Shown here in pieces: positions 1 to 11,784 of a stretch of DNA of 64,000 nt. The stretch is taken from NCBI GenBank assembly GCA_963699835.1, contig CAVOVJ010000008.1, positions 73,417-137,416 of the forward strand, given 5' to 3'. A program made the position numbers and the translations under genes. The stretch's first letter is position 1. Each line of letters begins with the position of its first letter. The DNA is from an uncultured Gammaproteobacteria bacterium. GTDB taxonomy: Bacteria > Pseudomonadota > Gammaproteobacteria > Steroidobacterales > BM003. Below the pieces are notes generated by a model. It did not search any database. It was not told where the DNA came from and was given only the letters and a program-made list of their open reading frames with translations.

Positions 1-1270
1 TCGAACGACGGAGCGGGTCGTTTTACCGACATCAGCGACAGCGCTCGCCGACGACCCCGGAACCTGGTCGACTTCGGCAGCAATGTTCGACTACGATCGC
101 GACGGCGATCTCGATCTCTATGTCGCCAGCTACGTCGACGAAAATCCACCGCGACAATGCCGCAGCCAGGGCGGACGCCCGGATTTCTGCGGACCATCTG
201 CTTACCCTGGCGTGGCGGACCGCTTGCTGCGCAACGACGGCGGACACCTTCATCGACGTATCGCAAGACAAGCGGTATTGCCCGAGTACGCGGCCGCGGC
301 CTCGGACTGGTCGTCCACGATTTCGACGGCAATGGCTGGCCGGATATTTTTGTGGCTAACGACGGCGAAGCCAATAACCTCTGGCTAAATTCAGGTGAAG
401 GCCTGTTCGAAGATCACGCGGTGCGTGCAGGCGTCGCCTACAACATGTTCGGCAAAGCCGAGGCCAGCATGGGGGTCGCGCTCGGCGACACCGACGGCAA
501 CGGCAGTCTGGATTTGTTTGTGACCCATCTCAGTAGCGAAACGAACACCCTGTATGGCGGCGGCGGCGCCGAAAATATGCTCGACAAGACCGCGGCTTCG
601 GGACTGGGGGCGGCCAGCCTGCCGTATACCGGTTTTGGAACTGCAATGTTCGACCTGGAACTGGATGGGGATCTCGATATTGCAGTTGCCAACGGGCGTG
701 TCTCTTTGAGTCCCGAATACGATAAGACGGCCGCCAGCGATCATATCGATACCGACGAGGTCGCCTATTACGTCGCGGGCTACGGCGAACCCGACCAGGT
801 TTTCGTCAACGATGGAACCGGACGATTCGAAGCGGGTTGCCCGGATGCCGGGCCGTTTTGCAACGAACCCAGCGTAGCTCGTGGTCTTATCGCGGTCGAC
901 ATCGATGGCGACGGTGACCTTGACCTGCTTACAACCCGCTCCAACGGCAGTGCGCGAATCTATCGCAACGATGCACCGCGCGCCGGAGACTGGCTATCGG
1001 TGCGCGCACTTGATCGAACCGGCGCCACGATGCAATCGGTGCAGTCGTCGAATTGAACGGCGCGCGGCAAGCACCCAGATTCGTCCGGTGCAGCACAGCA
1101 GCAGTTACCTGAGCAGCGCCGATGCACGTGTTCATTTCGGCGTGCCGCCGCAGTATGCAGTCACTGCACTGACGGTGACCTGGCCCGACGGCAAACGTGA
1201 GCGATTCGAGGTGGACGGACTGAATCAAGAATTGACGGTACGGCAGGGCACAGGTGCGTCGATCCAGTGA
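1..1270 (+). pseudogene. CRTAC1-family protein (FG-GAP/VCBS repeats plus C-terminal ASPIC/UnbV domain); 5' end lies outside the window and the frame is broken several times
   Basis: Repeated calcium-loop motifs (DYDRDGDLDLYVASY, HDFDGNGWPDIFVANDG, GDTDGNGSLDLFVTH, DLELDGDLDIAVANG, DIDGDGDLDLLTT) occur in ORFs 83..388 and 157..1056. A UnbV-like tail (HSSSYLSSADARVHFGV...LTVTWPDGKRERFE) occurs in ORF 881..1270. The protein-like sequence hops between frames near ~50, ~245, ~275 and ~1040. Confidence 0.75.
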
Positions 1271-1644
1271 GGTGCTCGGAATTACAGTCGGCGCAATCAA
1301 ACGGGCCAGTTGCGATACCTGAGCCGGCATTAGCGCCGACCGGCCCCGGCTCGCCACCGCGCAACAGGACGAGCGCGGCGAGTCCATGCCACGACCGGTT
1401 GCGCGGTTCAGCGCAAAAAGCGCCGATATCGGCAACTTTGCCTGCAACAAAACGGCACAGAGTATCGCGGCGGGTAAAGGTTCGCCGCGATTCGATCGCA
1501 GCGGCTGCACGCCGGTCAACCCGCGTTAATATGTTTGTGCCCGATCCATCGGGAAAACCGGTGACCTGGCGAGTCAGGGCTCGTGTAACCGCGGCTCAAA
1601 TAACGAACTAAATGCAATGTTCCGGACCGAGGAACCCGAAATAC

Positions 1645-3304
1645 ATGACTCCAGTCAAACGCCCGAACTCATTTTTAATCGCCGCTCTGCTGGTCATGGC
1701 CGCGGCAATGGCGTGGTGGCTCTTGCGGCCCGGTATTCCAGCACCGCCGCAACCGGACCTGAGCGGCAGCGAACCCCGTGTCGCGGAAAAACTGACCCGC
1801 CTGAGCCAGGCAGTCAGCGCTGACAACGACAATCCCGACGTTTGGGGCAGACTGGGTTCGATGTACCTTGCGAGCGGCTTGGACGGCGAGGCTCTGGATT
1901 GTTTCACCGTGGCGATGGAGCTGGCGCCGCGCGATTTTCGCTGGCCATATCTCAGCGGTTATGCGCTGCGCGACCGGAATCCCGATGCCGCCCTGGCAAG
2001 TTTTGAAGCGGCAGAGCGCCTGAACGACAACTATGCCGCATTGCACTTGCGCAAGGCCGATCTGTTGTTACGGCTGGATCGCAGCGACGAAGCCGCAGCT
2101 GAATACCGGCACAGCCTCGACCTCGATCCGCGATCGAGCCATGCAAGGCTGGGCCTGGCGAGGATCGCATTGCTGGAGAACCGTCCCGAGCAGGCGCTGG
2201 ACCTGTTACAGCAGGCACTGCAACGGCAACCCGGTCACTGGGAGGTCGCACGCGCGCTCGCGCAGACATATGCCGCACTGGGAAATGTCGACGAAGCGCG
2301 AAGACTCAACGCGCGGATCGGCCCGACCCAGGTAGCGACAGAGCCGGACGATCCGGTCGTGGCCGCGGTGTGGCAGGGAGCGGTTGACTCGAATACGATG
2401 CTGGTACGCGGAGCAGATGCTCTTTTCAGCGGCCAACCCGAGCAGGCGGTGGCAGAGTTTCGAAGAGGTTGTCGCGCTGCGCCCGGACTCTGCCGAGCAT
2501 CATCGCTGGCTCGCGGATGCCTATGCCGCGAGCGGACGTGGTGCGGATGCACAGGTATCCTATGAACGCGCGCTGGCCATTGATCCCGAATCGATACCGG
2601 CGCTAATGGGTCTGGGCGCTATCTCAGCTCGCGAACGGTCAGTTACCGGGAGGCCCACCGCAATCTGCAACGCGCCGTCGAACTGGACGACAGAGAGGCC
2701 ATGGCCAACTTTCTGCTCGGATCGGCGCAGGAAGTAAATGGCGAAACCGAGTCTTGCGGCAAGTCCTACCGCGCGGCAGACCAGGCTGGATTCGAGTTGA
2801 CCGCGGCCTGGGCGGGTCTTGCCCGTACCGCGAAACCAGCGACAGAGACGCGCCACTGCCGCGTGGGAACGGGTCGTCGAGCAGGCACCGCCGACCGCGC
2901 GGCTCGCCAGCGCCTCGTTAGCCTGCAGCTCTCGGGCGGTGACTATGCCGCAGCAATTGAGACCCTTGAACGAGGCCTGGAATTCTACCCCGACGACGTC
3001 GATGCCTCGCGCCAGCTCGCCTGGGAACTGGCCACCGCGCCCGACGCGGAGCCTGAGAGATGCAGTCGAAGCCCGCCGCCTTGCCGAATTCGCATTTTCG
3101 CAGAACGCCGGCAACCCGCTTGCCAACGACACGCTCGCGGCCGCGATGGCGGAGAGTGGAATCTACTCGAGGCCGTCGGCGTTGGCGGAAACCGCACTTA
3201 AGTTACTGCAGGACGAAGAAGACAAGCTACGCGGCGCAATTATCGAAAGACGCGATTTGTATCTCGCGAGCCAACCGTACAGACAGACCGCCCCGTCCGA
3301 TTGA
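1645..3304 (+). pseudogene. TPR-repeat protein with N-terminal membrane anchor; frame broken at least three times
   Basis: ATG at 1645 gives MTPVKRPNSFLIAALLVMAAAMAWWLL (hydrophobic anchor), followed by TPR-like helices (WGRLGSMYLASGLDGEALDCFTVAMELAPRD, AAAEYRHSLDLDPRSSHARLGLARI). TPR-like sequence continues in ORFs 2384..2737, 2701..3201 and 2819..3304 (AYAASGRGADAQVSYERALAIDPESIPALMGLG; GDYAAAIETLERGLEFYPDDVDASRQLAWELA). Confidence 0.7.
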
Positions 3305-3414
3305 GCCGAAAATGACAACGTTTTTCCTGGTTACACGGTCAGATGGCATCATTTACCGTCGATCACGAGTGCTCGCCTCGCGAACCCTGTCGGACACAGT
3401 CAGCCGACACCTGG

Positions 3415-4551
3415 CTACAAACCCATCGCGGTTTCCGCAATCAGCATGTCAACGACCGCATTGAGGGCGTCGCGGCGTTCGGCACCATCCGCGATATGCT
3501 TGTTGAAAACTTCCAGCTGACGATGCGCGCTGGTGCCGCGATCGAGAATTCGCAACGCGTTGTTAACGTCCTCGCTGCATCCCAGCGACGTAGCGTCTTC
3601 CTTGATCATCTCCAGCAGTTCGCTCATCAACTCCCGGACCGGCAATACCCGCTGCCGCGCCAGATCGATCATCCCTTCATCGAAGCTGTAACGCATCGCG
3701 CGCCAGCGGTTTTCCTCGATTAGCATATCGGCGTAATGACGCCATCTCTGGTTGTGCGAACGCAGCCGATACAACATGCGCAGGATACAGACGATCAGCG
3801 CGGTCAATGCAATCGCATCGTCGATACGCGTGCACACATCCATCACCCGGGTCTCGAGCGTCGGAAAGCGCGCACTCGGGCGCAGGTCCCACCACAGCTT
3901 GGTCGTGTCCGAGATCAGACCGGCGTTGATCAATACCTTCACATGACGCTCGTATTCGCCATAACTGTGAAAACGCTCGGGGAGTCCGGTGCGTGGCAGT
4001 GCGCCGAACACCGTAAGTCGATACGACTTGAGCCCGGTATCCTCGCCGCGCCAGAACGGCGACGAGCAGGACAGTGCAAGCAGATGGGGGAGGAAATAGG
4101 TCATCTGGTTCAGCAGGTCTATGCGCAACTCGTCGTCTTCGATGCCGACATGTACGTGCATTCCGCAGATCAGGAGTCTTCGCGCCGCCGCCTGCATTTC
4201 GCGCGATAGCGTTTCGTATCTCTCTTTCGGCGTGTATTTCTGATCCAGCCATTGACCGAATGGGTGGGTCGAAGCGGCAATCGGCGCGAGCCCATGGCGG
4301 CCTGCGACCTCGACTATCACCCGCCGCAGCCTGCTGAGGTCGTGCCGCACTTCCTGCACATTGCGACAGACTTTCGTGCCCACCTCGATCTGCGACCTTA
4401 AATATTCGGAGGTCACACGATCTTCGCAGAGCCGCCCCGCTTCATCCCAGATTTCGGCAGGCGGGTCCGGCGCGAGGTCGCGTGTCTCACGATCTACGAG
4501 GAGATATTCTTCCTCTACACCCAGCGTAAACGACGGCGCATTCAGGCTCAT
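3415..4551 (-). CDS. ybdK: YbdK-type carboxylate-amine ligase (glutamate-cysteine ligase family 2)
   Basis: Intact 378-aa ORF. The N-terminus FTLGVEEEYLLVD and the overall pattern (ICGMHVHVGI, LLALSCSSPFW, WWDLRP) are typical of the GCS2/YbdK family. Its ATG overlaps the stop of the upstream gene (ATGA at 4548-4551). Confidence 0.85.
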   Translation of the reverse strand: MSLNAPSFTLGVEEEYLLVDRETRDLAPDPPAEIWDEAGRLCEDRVTSEYLRSQIEVGTKVCRNVQEVRHDLSRLRRVIVEVAGRHGLAPIAASTHPFGQWLDQKYTPKERYETLSREMQAAARRLLICGMHVHVGIEDDELRIDLLNQMTYFLPHLLALSCSSPFWRGEDTGLKSYRLTVFGALPRTGLPERFHSYGEYERHVKVLINAGLISDTTKLWWDLRPSARFPTLETRVMDVCTRIDDAIALTALIVCILRMLYRLRSHNQRWRHYADMLIEENRWRAMRYSFDEGMIDLARQRVLPVRELMSELLEMIKEDATSLGCSEDVNNALRILDRGTSAHRQLEVFNKHIADGAERRDALNAVVDMLIAETAMGL

Positions 4552-5405
4552 ATCAGGTTCTCCCTATGTCGCGGACGATACAGGCCGTCGTTGGCGAGAA
4601 TATCCGCTAGCACTTTGCCAAGTAGCCGGCTCCACTGCGCGACGCCGTCCGGCGAGCGCACCAGGTCCTGTCGTATCTCAATCGAGACGCAGGGCAATCC
4701 CGCCTCCTCGCCGTGATGATCGATCGTGAAATCGGCCGGGTGTTTTCCCGAGTAAGGCTTATTGTCGCCGACCACGACACCCCTGTCGCGCAGTCCGCAA
4801 ATCAATGGAACCGGAATACGCGGATCCTTGTCCCACAACACTCCGATTTCCCACGGCCTGGCGCGGCTGTCAAAATACGGCGTGAAACTATGGACCGCTA
4901 TCAGTGCGGGAGTGCGCCCGGACAACCGGTATTTGTCAAGCTGCGCCTCGATCGCCTGGTGATATGGCCAGTAGATCTCGTGTTCGCGCAGCGCCTTAGC
5001 GGCCCCATCCAGGTCGCGGTTACCCGCCACGATGTCACCGTCGCTCACCGCCAGAAAAGCGGTGGGATCGTCCAGCGCACGATTGCAATCGACGACGAGG
5101 CGCGAGAATCCGGCAAGCACGGCCGGTGCATCCAGAATACACGCGAGGCCGCGAGTCAGTTCGGCGGCTCCGATGTCGCAGGCAATGTGGCGGTCGAGCG
5201 CAGCCTCGGGCAGGCCAAGATTGTCGAGCGCGGCGGGAATCGCGCGGCTGGCATGATCGCAAACCAGCAAAGCGGTACTGGCAGCGTCGGCATTGAGGAT
5301 TTCAAACGGGGCCGGGTCAGCGGGTCCCAGCAGCGCCGATCCGGATCGCATTGCGATCGGGTCGCTGTATTCGTCGGTCCGCGATTTCGAGGTTTTATTC
5401 TGCAA
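4548..5405 (-). CDS. N-formylglutamate amidohydrolase (FGase) family hydrolase
   Basis: Intact 285-aa ORF with FGase-family motifs (LLVCDHASRAIP, AVHSFTP, DNKPYSG, EIRQDL). Translationally coupled to ybdK. Confidence 0.8.
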   Translation of the reverse strand: MQNKTSKSRTDEYSDPIAMRSGSALLGPADPAPFEILNADAASTALLVCDHASRAIPAALDNLGLPEAALDRHIACDIGAAELTRGLACILDAPAVLAGFSRLVVDCNRALDDPTAFLAVSDGDIVAGNRDLDGAAKALREHEIYWPYHQAIEAQLDKYRLSGRTPALIAVHSFTPYFDSRARPWEIGVLWDKDPRIPVPLICGLRDRGVVVGDNKPYSGKHPADFTIDHHGEEAGLPCVSIEIRQDLVRSPDGVAQWSRLLGKVLADILANDGLYRPRHRENLI

Positions 5406-5536
5406 GACGCGACCATTGGCAGGTACGAGACCCGTCAGAGCTTAATCCGCGCCCGGGGCTGCTGCAAGCGCGACCGAACCGGGTTTGCGGCGCCAGCGGC
5501 GCACCGGTGCGCGGCGACGACGCGCCCGCGCGACAC

Positions 5537-8500
5537 TCAGGCCAGTCGTAATGTATTACGACGCAAGCGCCGGCTGAACCGGTCGAAGTCTTTTACCGGC
5601 TCGGGGCGAGCGATGTAAAACCCCTGTGCATAATCGACACCGATGTCCGACAACTCGTTCAGAATGGCCCGGGTCTCGACGCGCTCCGCAACGGTGCGAA
5701 TACCGAGCGCCTCGGCCACCTGGCCGATTGCCTCGAGCATGCGCCTGTCGACGTTGTCGTTGTGGACATTGGCAACGAAATGGCCATCGATCTTCAGGTA
5801 GTCGACCGGCAAGTTCTTCAAATATGCGAATGAAGACAGGCCGCTGCCGAAATCGTCTAGGGCAAACTGGCAACCCATGCTCTTGAGCTCATGCATGAAG
5901 CGCGCCACATTGCCGAGGTTGGCAATAGCGGCGGTCTCGGTTATCTCAAAGCACAGGGCGTGCGGCGGCAGGTGTTCGGCCGCAATCTGTCGCGCCACGT
6001 CTTCGAGAAACGACACATCGCTGAGTGAAGTACCGGACAGGTTTATCGCCAGCGTATAACCTGCCTCTCCCGTCGCATTGCGCGAGCGGTCAGCCAGGAT
6101 CAGCGCCTGCTCTATCACCCAGCGGTCCAGCGAAGGCATCAGATTGTAGCGCTCGGCTGCGGGAATGAAGGCCGACGGCTGAATAAGGTCGCCATCCTCC
6201 CCACGCATGCGCAACAACAATTCGTAATGACCGCCGAAGCTCTCTTCGGTATCGACCGGAACGATCGGTTGAAAGTAGAGTTCGAGGCGATTCTTGTTCA
6301 ACGGCACTGGTGATTTGCGACACCCACAGCATTTCGCGTTGGTGGGCATCGCTATCGCTGCTCTGGTAAACATGAACCCGGTTGCGGCCCGCTTCTTTCG
6401 CTGCATAACAGGCCACGTCCGCCGCGCTAAGCACATTCGACGTTGTCGCCGAGGTCGAGTCGATCGCCACCAGCCCGATGCTCGCACTGACATTGATTGC
6501 CCGCTCCTGCCAGTTGAAGCGCAAGGCGCGCACCGCTTCACACAATTGCTCGGCGACTCGCATCCCCTTCTCGAGCTTGCAGTGCTTGAGGAGTATTCCG
6601 AATTCGTCTCCGCCGAGGCGCGCTACCGCATCGGTGCTTTCAACGCCACCATGCAATACACCGGTAATTCTCTTCAGCAGCTGGTCGCCCGCACCGTGGC
6701 CGCACAGGTCATTGACCACCTTGAACTGATCGAGGTCCAGATAGAGCAGTACATGGCATGAATTTTGGTCACCACGACTGGCGATCAGTGCATCGTCGAT
6801 AAAACTTTCGAACTGACGCCGGTTGATCAGGCCGGTCAATTCATCATGACTGGACTGGTACGAGAGCTGGCGCCGCAGGCGCCCGTCCTGGCACAGGTCG
6901 CGGAACACCATCACCGCGCCAACGACCGCGCCATCACGATCACGTATGGGTGAGACGTTCTCATGCACAGACAATTGCTGCCCGAGACGATTGACGATGA
7001 CAGAGTTCTCGCAAAGCCCAAGACTGCGGCCCTCGCGGAGGCAACGCGATACCGGATTCTCCAGCACCTGCCCGGTCAGACGGCTGTGCATCTCGAACAC
7101 GGTTTCGACTGCGGCCCCCGCCGCCCGTCGCAACTCCCATTCGAGCAGTGTTTCAGCCGCAGGGTTCATGTAGTCCACTCTCCCCCGGGCATCACAGGTG
7201 ATGACCGCATCGGCGATGGATTGCAGCGTGACCTGCGCCCTCTCCTTTTGCTCGAACACTTCCATCTCCGCGCGTTTACGCTCGGTGATATCAGTGATCG
7301 TGCCCTCGTAGCTGCTGATTTTGCCGTTTTCGTCATACACGGCGCGGGCATTCTCGATGACTACGATTTCGCGGCCGTCCTTGCGCCGCAGGCGATACTC
7401 GAAATTGCGTACGCTGCCGTCACGGCGCAGCCGGTCGAACAATGTCAGCCGGTCCTCCGGATTTGCGTACAGGCTGGTCAGACTGACCACCGCGCCGAAT
7501 TCTTCCTCCGAGCTGTATCCGAGCATGTCGACCAGCGCGGGGTTAGCGGAAATCAGGCGCCCGTCCGCGCAGGTCTGGTAGACGCCGTCGACCACCGTTT
7601 CAAAAAGGTTGCGGTAACGAGCCTCGCTCTCGCGCATGGATTCTTCGGCGCGGCTGCGCTCTATCGCAATTGCGGCGAGGCGGGTCATGCGCTCGATAAG
7701 ATCGTGTTCGCATTTCGCCGGCGCGCGCGGTTCGCCGAGATACACTGCGAAGGAACCGAGAACCGCCTGCGAGCTGGCGTGGACCGGTGTCGAGCAACAG
7801 GCGTAGAGCCCGTGGCGCTCCGCCAAATCTCCGAGATCGCCCCATGCTGCCGAATCCTTGATATTCAGCGTATTGATCTGCCGGCCATGAAAGACCGCCC
7901 GACCACAGTCGCTGCCATCCGGGCCAATTTGCGAACCATCGATGAATTGAGTCAGGGACTGCGGCAGACTCGGGGCGGACGCCAACCGCAGACAGCGCTT
8001 CTCGTCATCGGCAAAGTACAAGGAACAACGCGCTCCCGGATAGGCCTCCTCGAAGCCCAAAATGAGGCGGTCGAGAATACGCGGCAGCGCGACATTCTCG
8101 GCAATCAGCTCGAGGATTTCCTTGTCGATTCTGGTCAGTAGTTCTGCCCGCTTACGTTCGCTGATGTCGGTCACGCTGCCACGCACGAGCCGGCGGTTAG
8201 ACGATGGCAAACAGGCAAGGCGCACCTCGCAGGGAATCTCGCGGCCATCCGCGCCAATATGGTGCCATTCGAAAACCGGAAACTCCCCGTTCAGTGCCGC
8301 TGCGATATAGCCGCGGGCCATTCCGAACGACAACGTTCCGTCTGGCTGATGACGGGGACTGATTTCGCGCGGGCCTGCCGCGAGCAACTCCTCGCGCGAC
8401 ATCCCGAACAGCCGGACCGCATTCTCGTTCACGTCGGCAAAGCGTTCGGAATCCACATCGAATACCACGATCGCCTCGGGAGCGTGGTCGACCAGGGTCT

Positions 8501-9065
8501 TGTTGCGTGCCTCGCTTTCCCGCAGTTCCAGCTCGGCGTGCTTGCGCTCGGTCACATCCCGAACGCAAACGACAAAGATGTCACGAGCGCGAAATTGCGA
8601 AGCGCTGACTGCCAGTTCGACCGGAAATTCGCTGCCGTTCCGATGCCGCGCCAGTGCTTCGTGGGCGGCGAGGTCGGCATGGGTATCCCCGAGCGGCGCC
8701 GCGAGGGTCTCCAGGTATTCGACCCATTTTCGCTGCGCGGGACTGGGAAGCAGCAGGTCGAGGCTGCGGCCGGCGACTTCCTCGCCGCGGTAGCCAAACA
8801 AGCGCTCGCAGGTCGGGTTGACGGACTCAATCAGGCCCCAGCTGTCGACGGTCAGTATCGCGTCTTTGACATGCTTCAGAATCAGGCTGGCGCGCGACGA
8901 TTCCGGGGTTGGCGCCTCGAATACACCCGATGACCCGGCGCCGGGAATCGGGTGGGACAGCTTGGCATAGGAGCGACTGACCAGCCGCAGTAACTCGGCC
9001 ACGTCCAGCCCTGCGGCTTCATTCCCGCCGGCAAGCTCCAGTTGTTTTTTTAGTAAGTCGTGCAT
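5537..9065 (-). pseudogene. Multi-sensor c-di-GMP signalling protein (PAS-PAS-GAF-PAS-PAS-GGDEF-EAL); single frame break near ~6300
   Basis: ORF 6090..9260 carries PAS-like blocks (each ending TDITERKRAE / VTERKHAE), a GAF-like block and a GGDEF domain (RLGGDEFGILL). ORF 5537..6541 carries the EAL domain (LELYFQPIV, YELLLRM, FEITE, DDFGSG, KIDG). The likely start is MHDLLKKQLE at 9065. Confidence 0.85.
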
Positions 9066-9462
9066 CGGCTGCTGTCCAGGTCCAGCGCTTTTTGTTACAG
9101 CAATACGCTTACCGACCCGCATGAACAATGCGGTTTGCCGGGTTATTGCCCTGCTTTCGCGGCCGCAGAACTCGCATGCAGCGGACGCGCTGTGCTCCCA
9201 GACTCGAATGTTAGACAGGCGTCGCCGATATCGGTGTGATGAATCTCTCGCTTTCAGCAAGAATTGGGAAAATTGTCCCGGTATATAATTTTTATTATTT
9301 TAAAACAGCTAATTAGGTAGTTTTTATAATTCTTTTTCTAGCTTTTGTTCTCTGTTTGGCAGGCTCTGTTCGGGCACCATCTTCCGGCTGGCGCGGCGGG
9401 CGAAAAAGGAAATGAACCCAGATCGTATGTGACCCACGGCAAGGCAGGCCGCGCCCGGAGTT

Positions 9463-11280
9463 TCAGTCTTTTTGCCGCGACGCGCGCTTTCGATCGCTCT
9501 CTTTCAGAAAGCGCTTACGGAGACGGATATTGCCGGGCGTCACCTCGACCAGTTCATCGTCGTTGATGAACTCCATCGCCTGTTCGAGGGAAAAGCACAC
9601 GGGCGGAGTCAGCAGGATCGAGTCGTCCTTCCCCGCCGCGCGGATGTTGGTCAGCTGTTTCGCCTTTAGCGGATTGACGGTGAGATCGTTGTCACGGCTA
9701 TGTTCGCCAATGACCTGCCCCTCGTACACGTCATCGCCAGGGTCAATGAACAGACGTCCGCGCTCCTGCAGGTTGAACAAGGCGTAGGCGAGCGCCTTAC
9801 CCGTGCCGTTTGAAATAAGTACCCCTGATTGGCGGCGCGCGGCGCGCGGGCTGGTGAGCGGGCCGTAATGGTCGAAGACATGATGCATCAGCCCGCTGCC
9901 TGAGGTCAGCGTGCGGAACAGGCTCTGGAAGCCGATCAGCCCTCTTGCCGGAATCAGGTAATCGAGCCGGACCCGACCCTTGCCATCCGGGATCATGTTC
10001 TCGAGTTGCCCGCCGCGGCTGCCAAGACCCTCCATTACCGCTCCCTGGTGATCACTCTCGACATCGACCGTCAGAACCTCATAAGGCTCTTGCTGCCCGG
10101 CATCGGTGTCGCGCAGCACCACCCGGGGACGCGAAACGGCCAGCTCGTAACCTTCACGCCGCATCGTCTCGAGCAGAATGGCCAGATGGAGTTCACCGCG
10201 TCCGGATACATTGAACTTCTCCGGATCCGATGTCTCTTCGACGCGCAGCGCGACATTGTGCATCGCCTCGCGAAACAACCGCTCCTGCACCTGGCGGCTG
10301 GTAACAAATTTGCCGTCGCGACCGACGAACGGCGACGTATTGGTTTCGAATGTCATGCTGATTGTCGGCTCGTCCACCGTCAGCGGTCGCAATGCTTCGA
10401 CTCTTTGCGGATCACACAGTGTGTCGGATATCTGCGGGTGACTGATTCCGGCTACCGCAACGATATCGCCCGCGCTGGCCTCCTCGATAACCACCCGCTC
10501 GAGCCCGAGAAAGCCCAGCAGCTGGCTGACTCGTTCCTCGCGCCGATGCCCGGCGAGATCAACCACGCTGACCGCCTGGTTGCGCCGCATCGTGCCGCGG
10601 GCGATGCGCCCGATACCGATCGCACCCAGATAACTCGAGTAGTCGAGTGAACTCAACTGCAGCTGCAACGGACCGTCGGGGTCCACCGCGGGCGGCGGAC
10701 ACTGATCGACGATCGTCTGAAACAGGGCCGTCATATCACTGCCCGGCTTATCGAGGTCAAGGCTCGCGTGCCCCTGCAGCGCGGACGCATACACTACGGC
10801 GAAGTCGAGCTGCTCATCGGTCGCGCCGAGGCGGTCGAAGAGCTCAAAAGTCTGATCCAGCACCCAGTGCGGCCGCGCTCCATCGCGGTCGATTTTGTTG
10901 ACGACTACGATCGGCTTCAGGCCATGAGAAAAAGCTTTCTGCGTCACGAAACGGGTTTGCGGCATCGGCCCATCGACCGCGTCGACCAGCAAAAGCACCG
11001 AATCGACCATCGACAGCACCCGTTCGACCTCACCGCCAAAATCGGCGTGCCCCGGTGTATCGACAATGTTGATCCGGTAGTCGCCCCAGCTAAGCGCAGT
11101 GTTTTTCGACAGAATCGTAATACCGCGCTCGCGCTCGAGATCGCCCGAGTCCATCACCCGGTCCGGCAGGACCTTGCGGGCGTCAAGCGTGCCGGATTGC
11201 CGCAGCAACTGATCCACGAGCGTCGTCTTACCGTGGTCGACATGGGCGATGATCGCAATATTGCGAAGCTCGTTAATCAT
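9463..11280 (-). CDS. typA: Translational GTPase TypA/BipA
   Basis: [40 protein letters not shown] and NKIDR GTPase motifs; about 606 aa from the ATG at 11280. The ORF-track extension to 11391 is probably non-coding. Confidence 0.95.
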   Translation of the reverse strand: MINELRNIAIIAHVDHGKTTLVDQLLRQSGTLDARKVLPDRVMDSGDLERERGITILSKNTALSWGDYRINIVDTPGHADFGGEVERVLSMVDSVLLLVDAVDGPMPQTRFVTQKAFSHGLKPIVVVNKIDRDGARPHWVLDQTFELFDRLGATDEQLDFAVVYASALQGHASLDLDKPGSDMTALFQTIVDQCPPPAVDPDGPLQLQLSSLDYSSYLGAIGIGRIARGTMRRNQAVSVVDLAGHRREERVSQLLGFLGLERVVIEEASAGDIVAVAGISHPQISDTLCDPQRVEALRPLTVDEPTISMTFETNTSPFVGRDGKFVTSRQVQERLFREAMHNVALRVEETSDPEKFNVSGRGELHLAILLETMRREGYELAVSRPRVVLRDTDAGQQEPYEVLTVDVESDHQGAVMEGLGSRGGQLENMIPDGKGRVRLDYLIPARGLIGFQSLFRTLTSGSGLMHHVFDHYGPLTSPRAARRQSGVLISNGTGKALAYALFNLQERGRLFIDPGDDVYEGQVIGEHSRDNDLTVNPLKAKQLTNIRAAGKDDSILLTPPVCFSLEQAMEFINDDELVEVTPGNIRLRKRFLKESDRKRASRQKD

Positions 11281-11784
11281 GGAATACACCGGGGCGGGGA
11301 TAGGCGAGGCGCGGATTCTACACCAGCATTGCCCCGCATTCACTGAACTCGTGGCGGCGACAATACCGCCAGCACGGAGGCACTCCGGCAAAATGCCGAC
11401 TAGCGCTGAGCTGATGGCGTCTATTCCATAGTAAGCCGGTTAACTGCCAGCAACCCGTGGTCGCGAGCTACGGTCGATGTTCGCCACCTGCACCCGTCAC
11501 TGCTGTACTTCGCGCCCGGCGAATGCCGGGTCGATTCCGCCAGGGAATTCGCGAACTTGATTGATGAACTGATTAAAAAGGAATGCGTCGATGCCGACCT
11601 GAAACACGCTTGATGCATGCTCAGTGCGCAGGACTCTTTAAATATATTTTACATGATATATATTCGCTAATATCATGTTTTATATTAAATTATAAAGAGG
11701 CATTGAAGTGGTTATGGGTCGCAGGACGATGCTACACATCAGGCTTTTCACGGGCCAAGACGCCGCGACCGACGCCCCCGCCCC

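Noticed and set aside
1267-1611. ORF 1267..1611 (+) and ORF 929..1519 (-) in the 340-bp gap between the CRTAC1-like and TPR genes.
   Set aside because: Arg/Ala/Pro-rich low-complexity translations typical of random GC-rich frames, with no RBS or motif. Treated as intergenic.
11421-11618. 65-aa minus-strand ORF and a 33-codon alternative (VFQVGIDAFLFNQFINQVREFPGGIDPAFAGREVQQ) in the typA upstream region.
   Set aside because: No recognisable family, no RBS and no supporting context. The region is more likely a 5' leader or promoter region. A TGNTAGAAT-like -10 lies near 11315.
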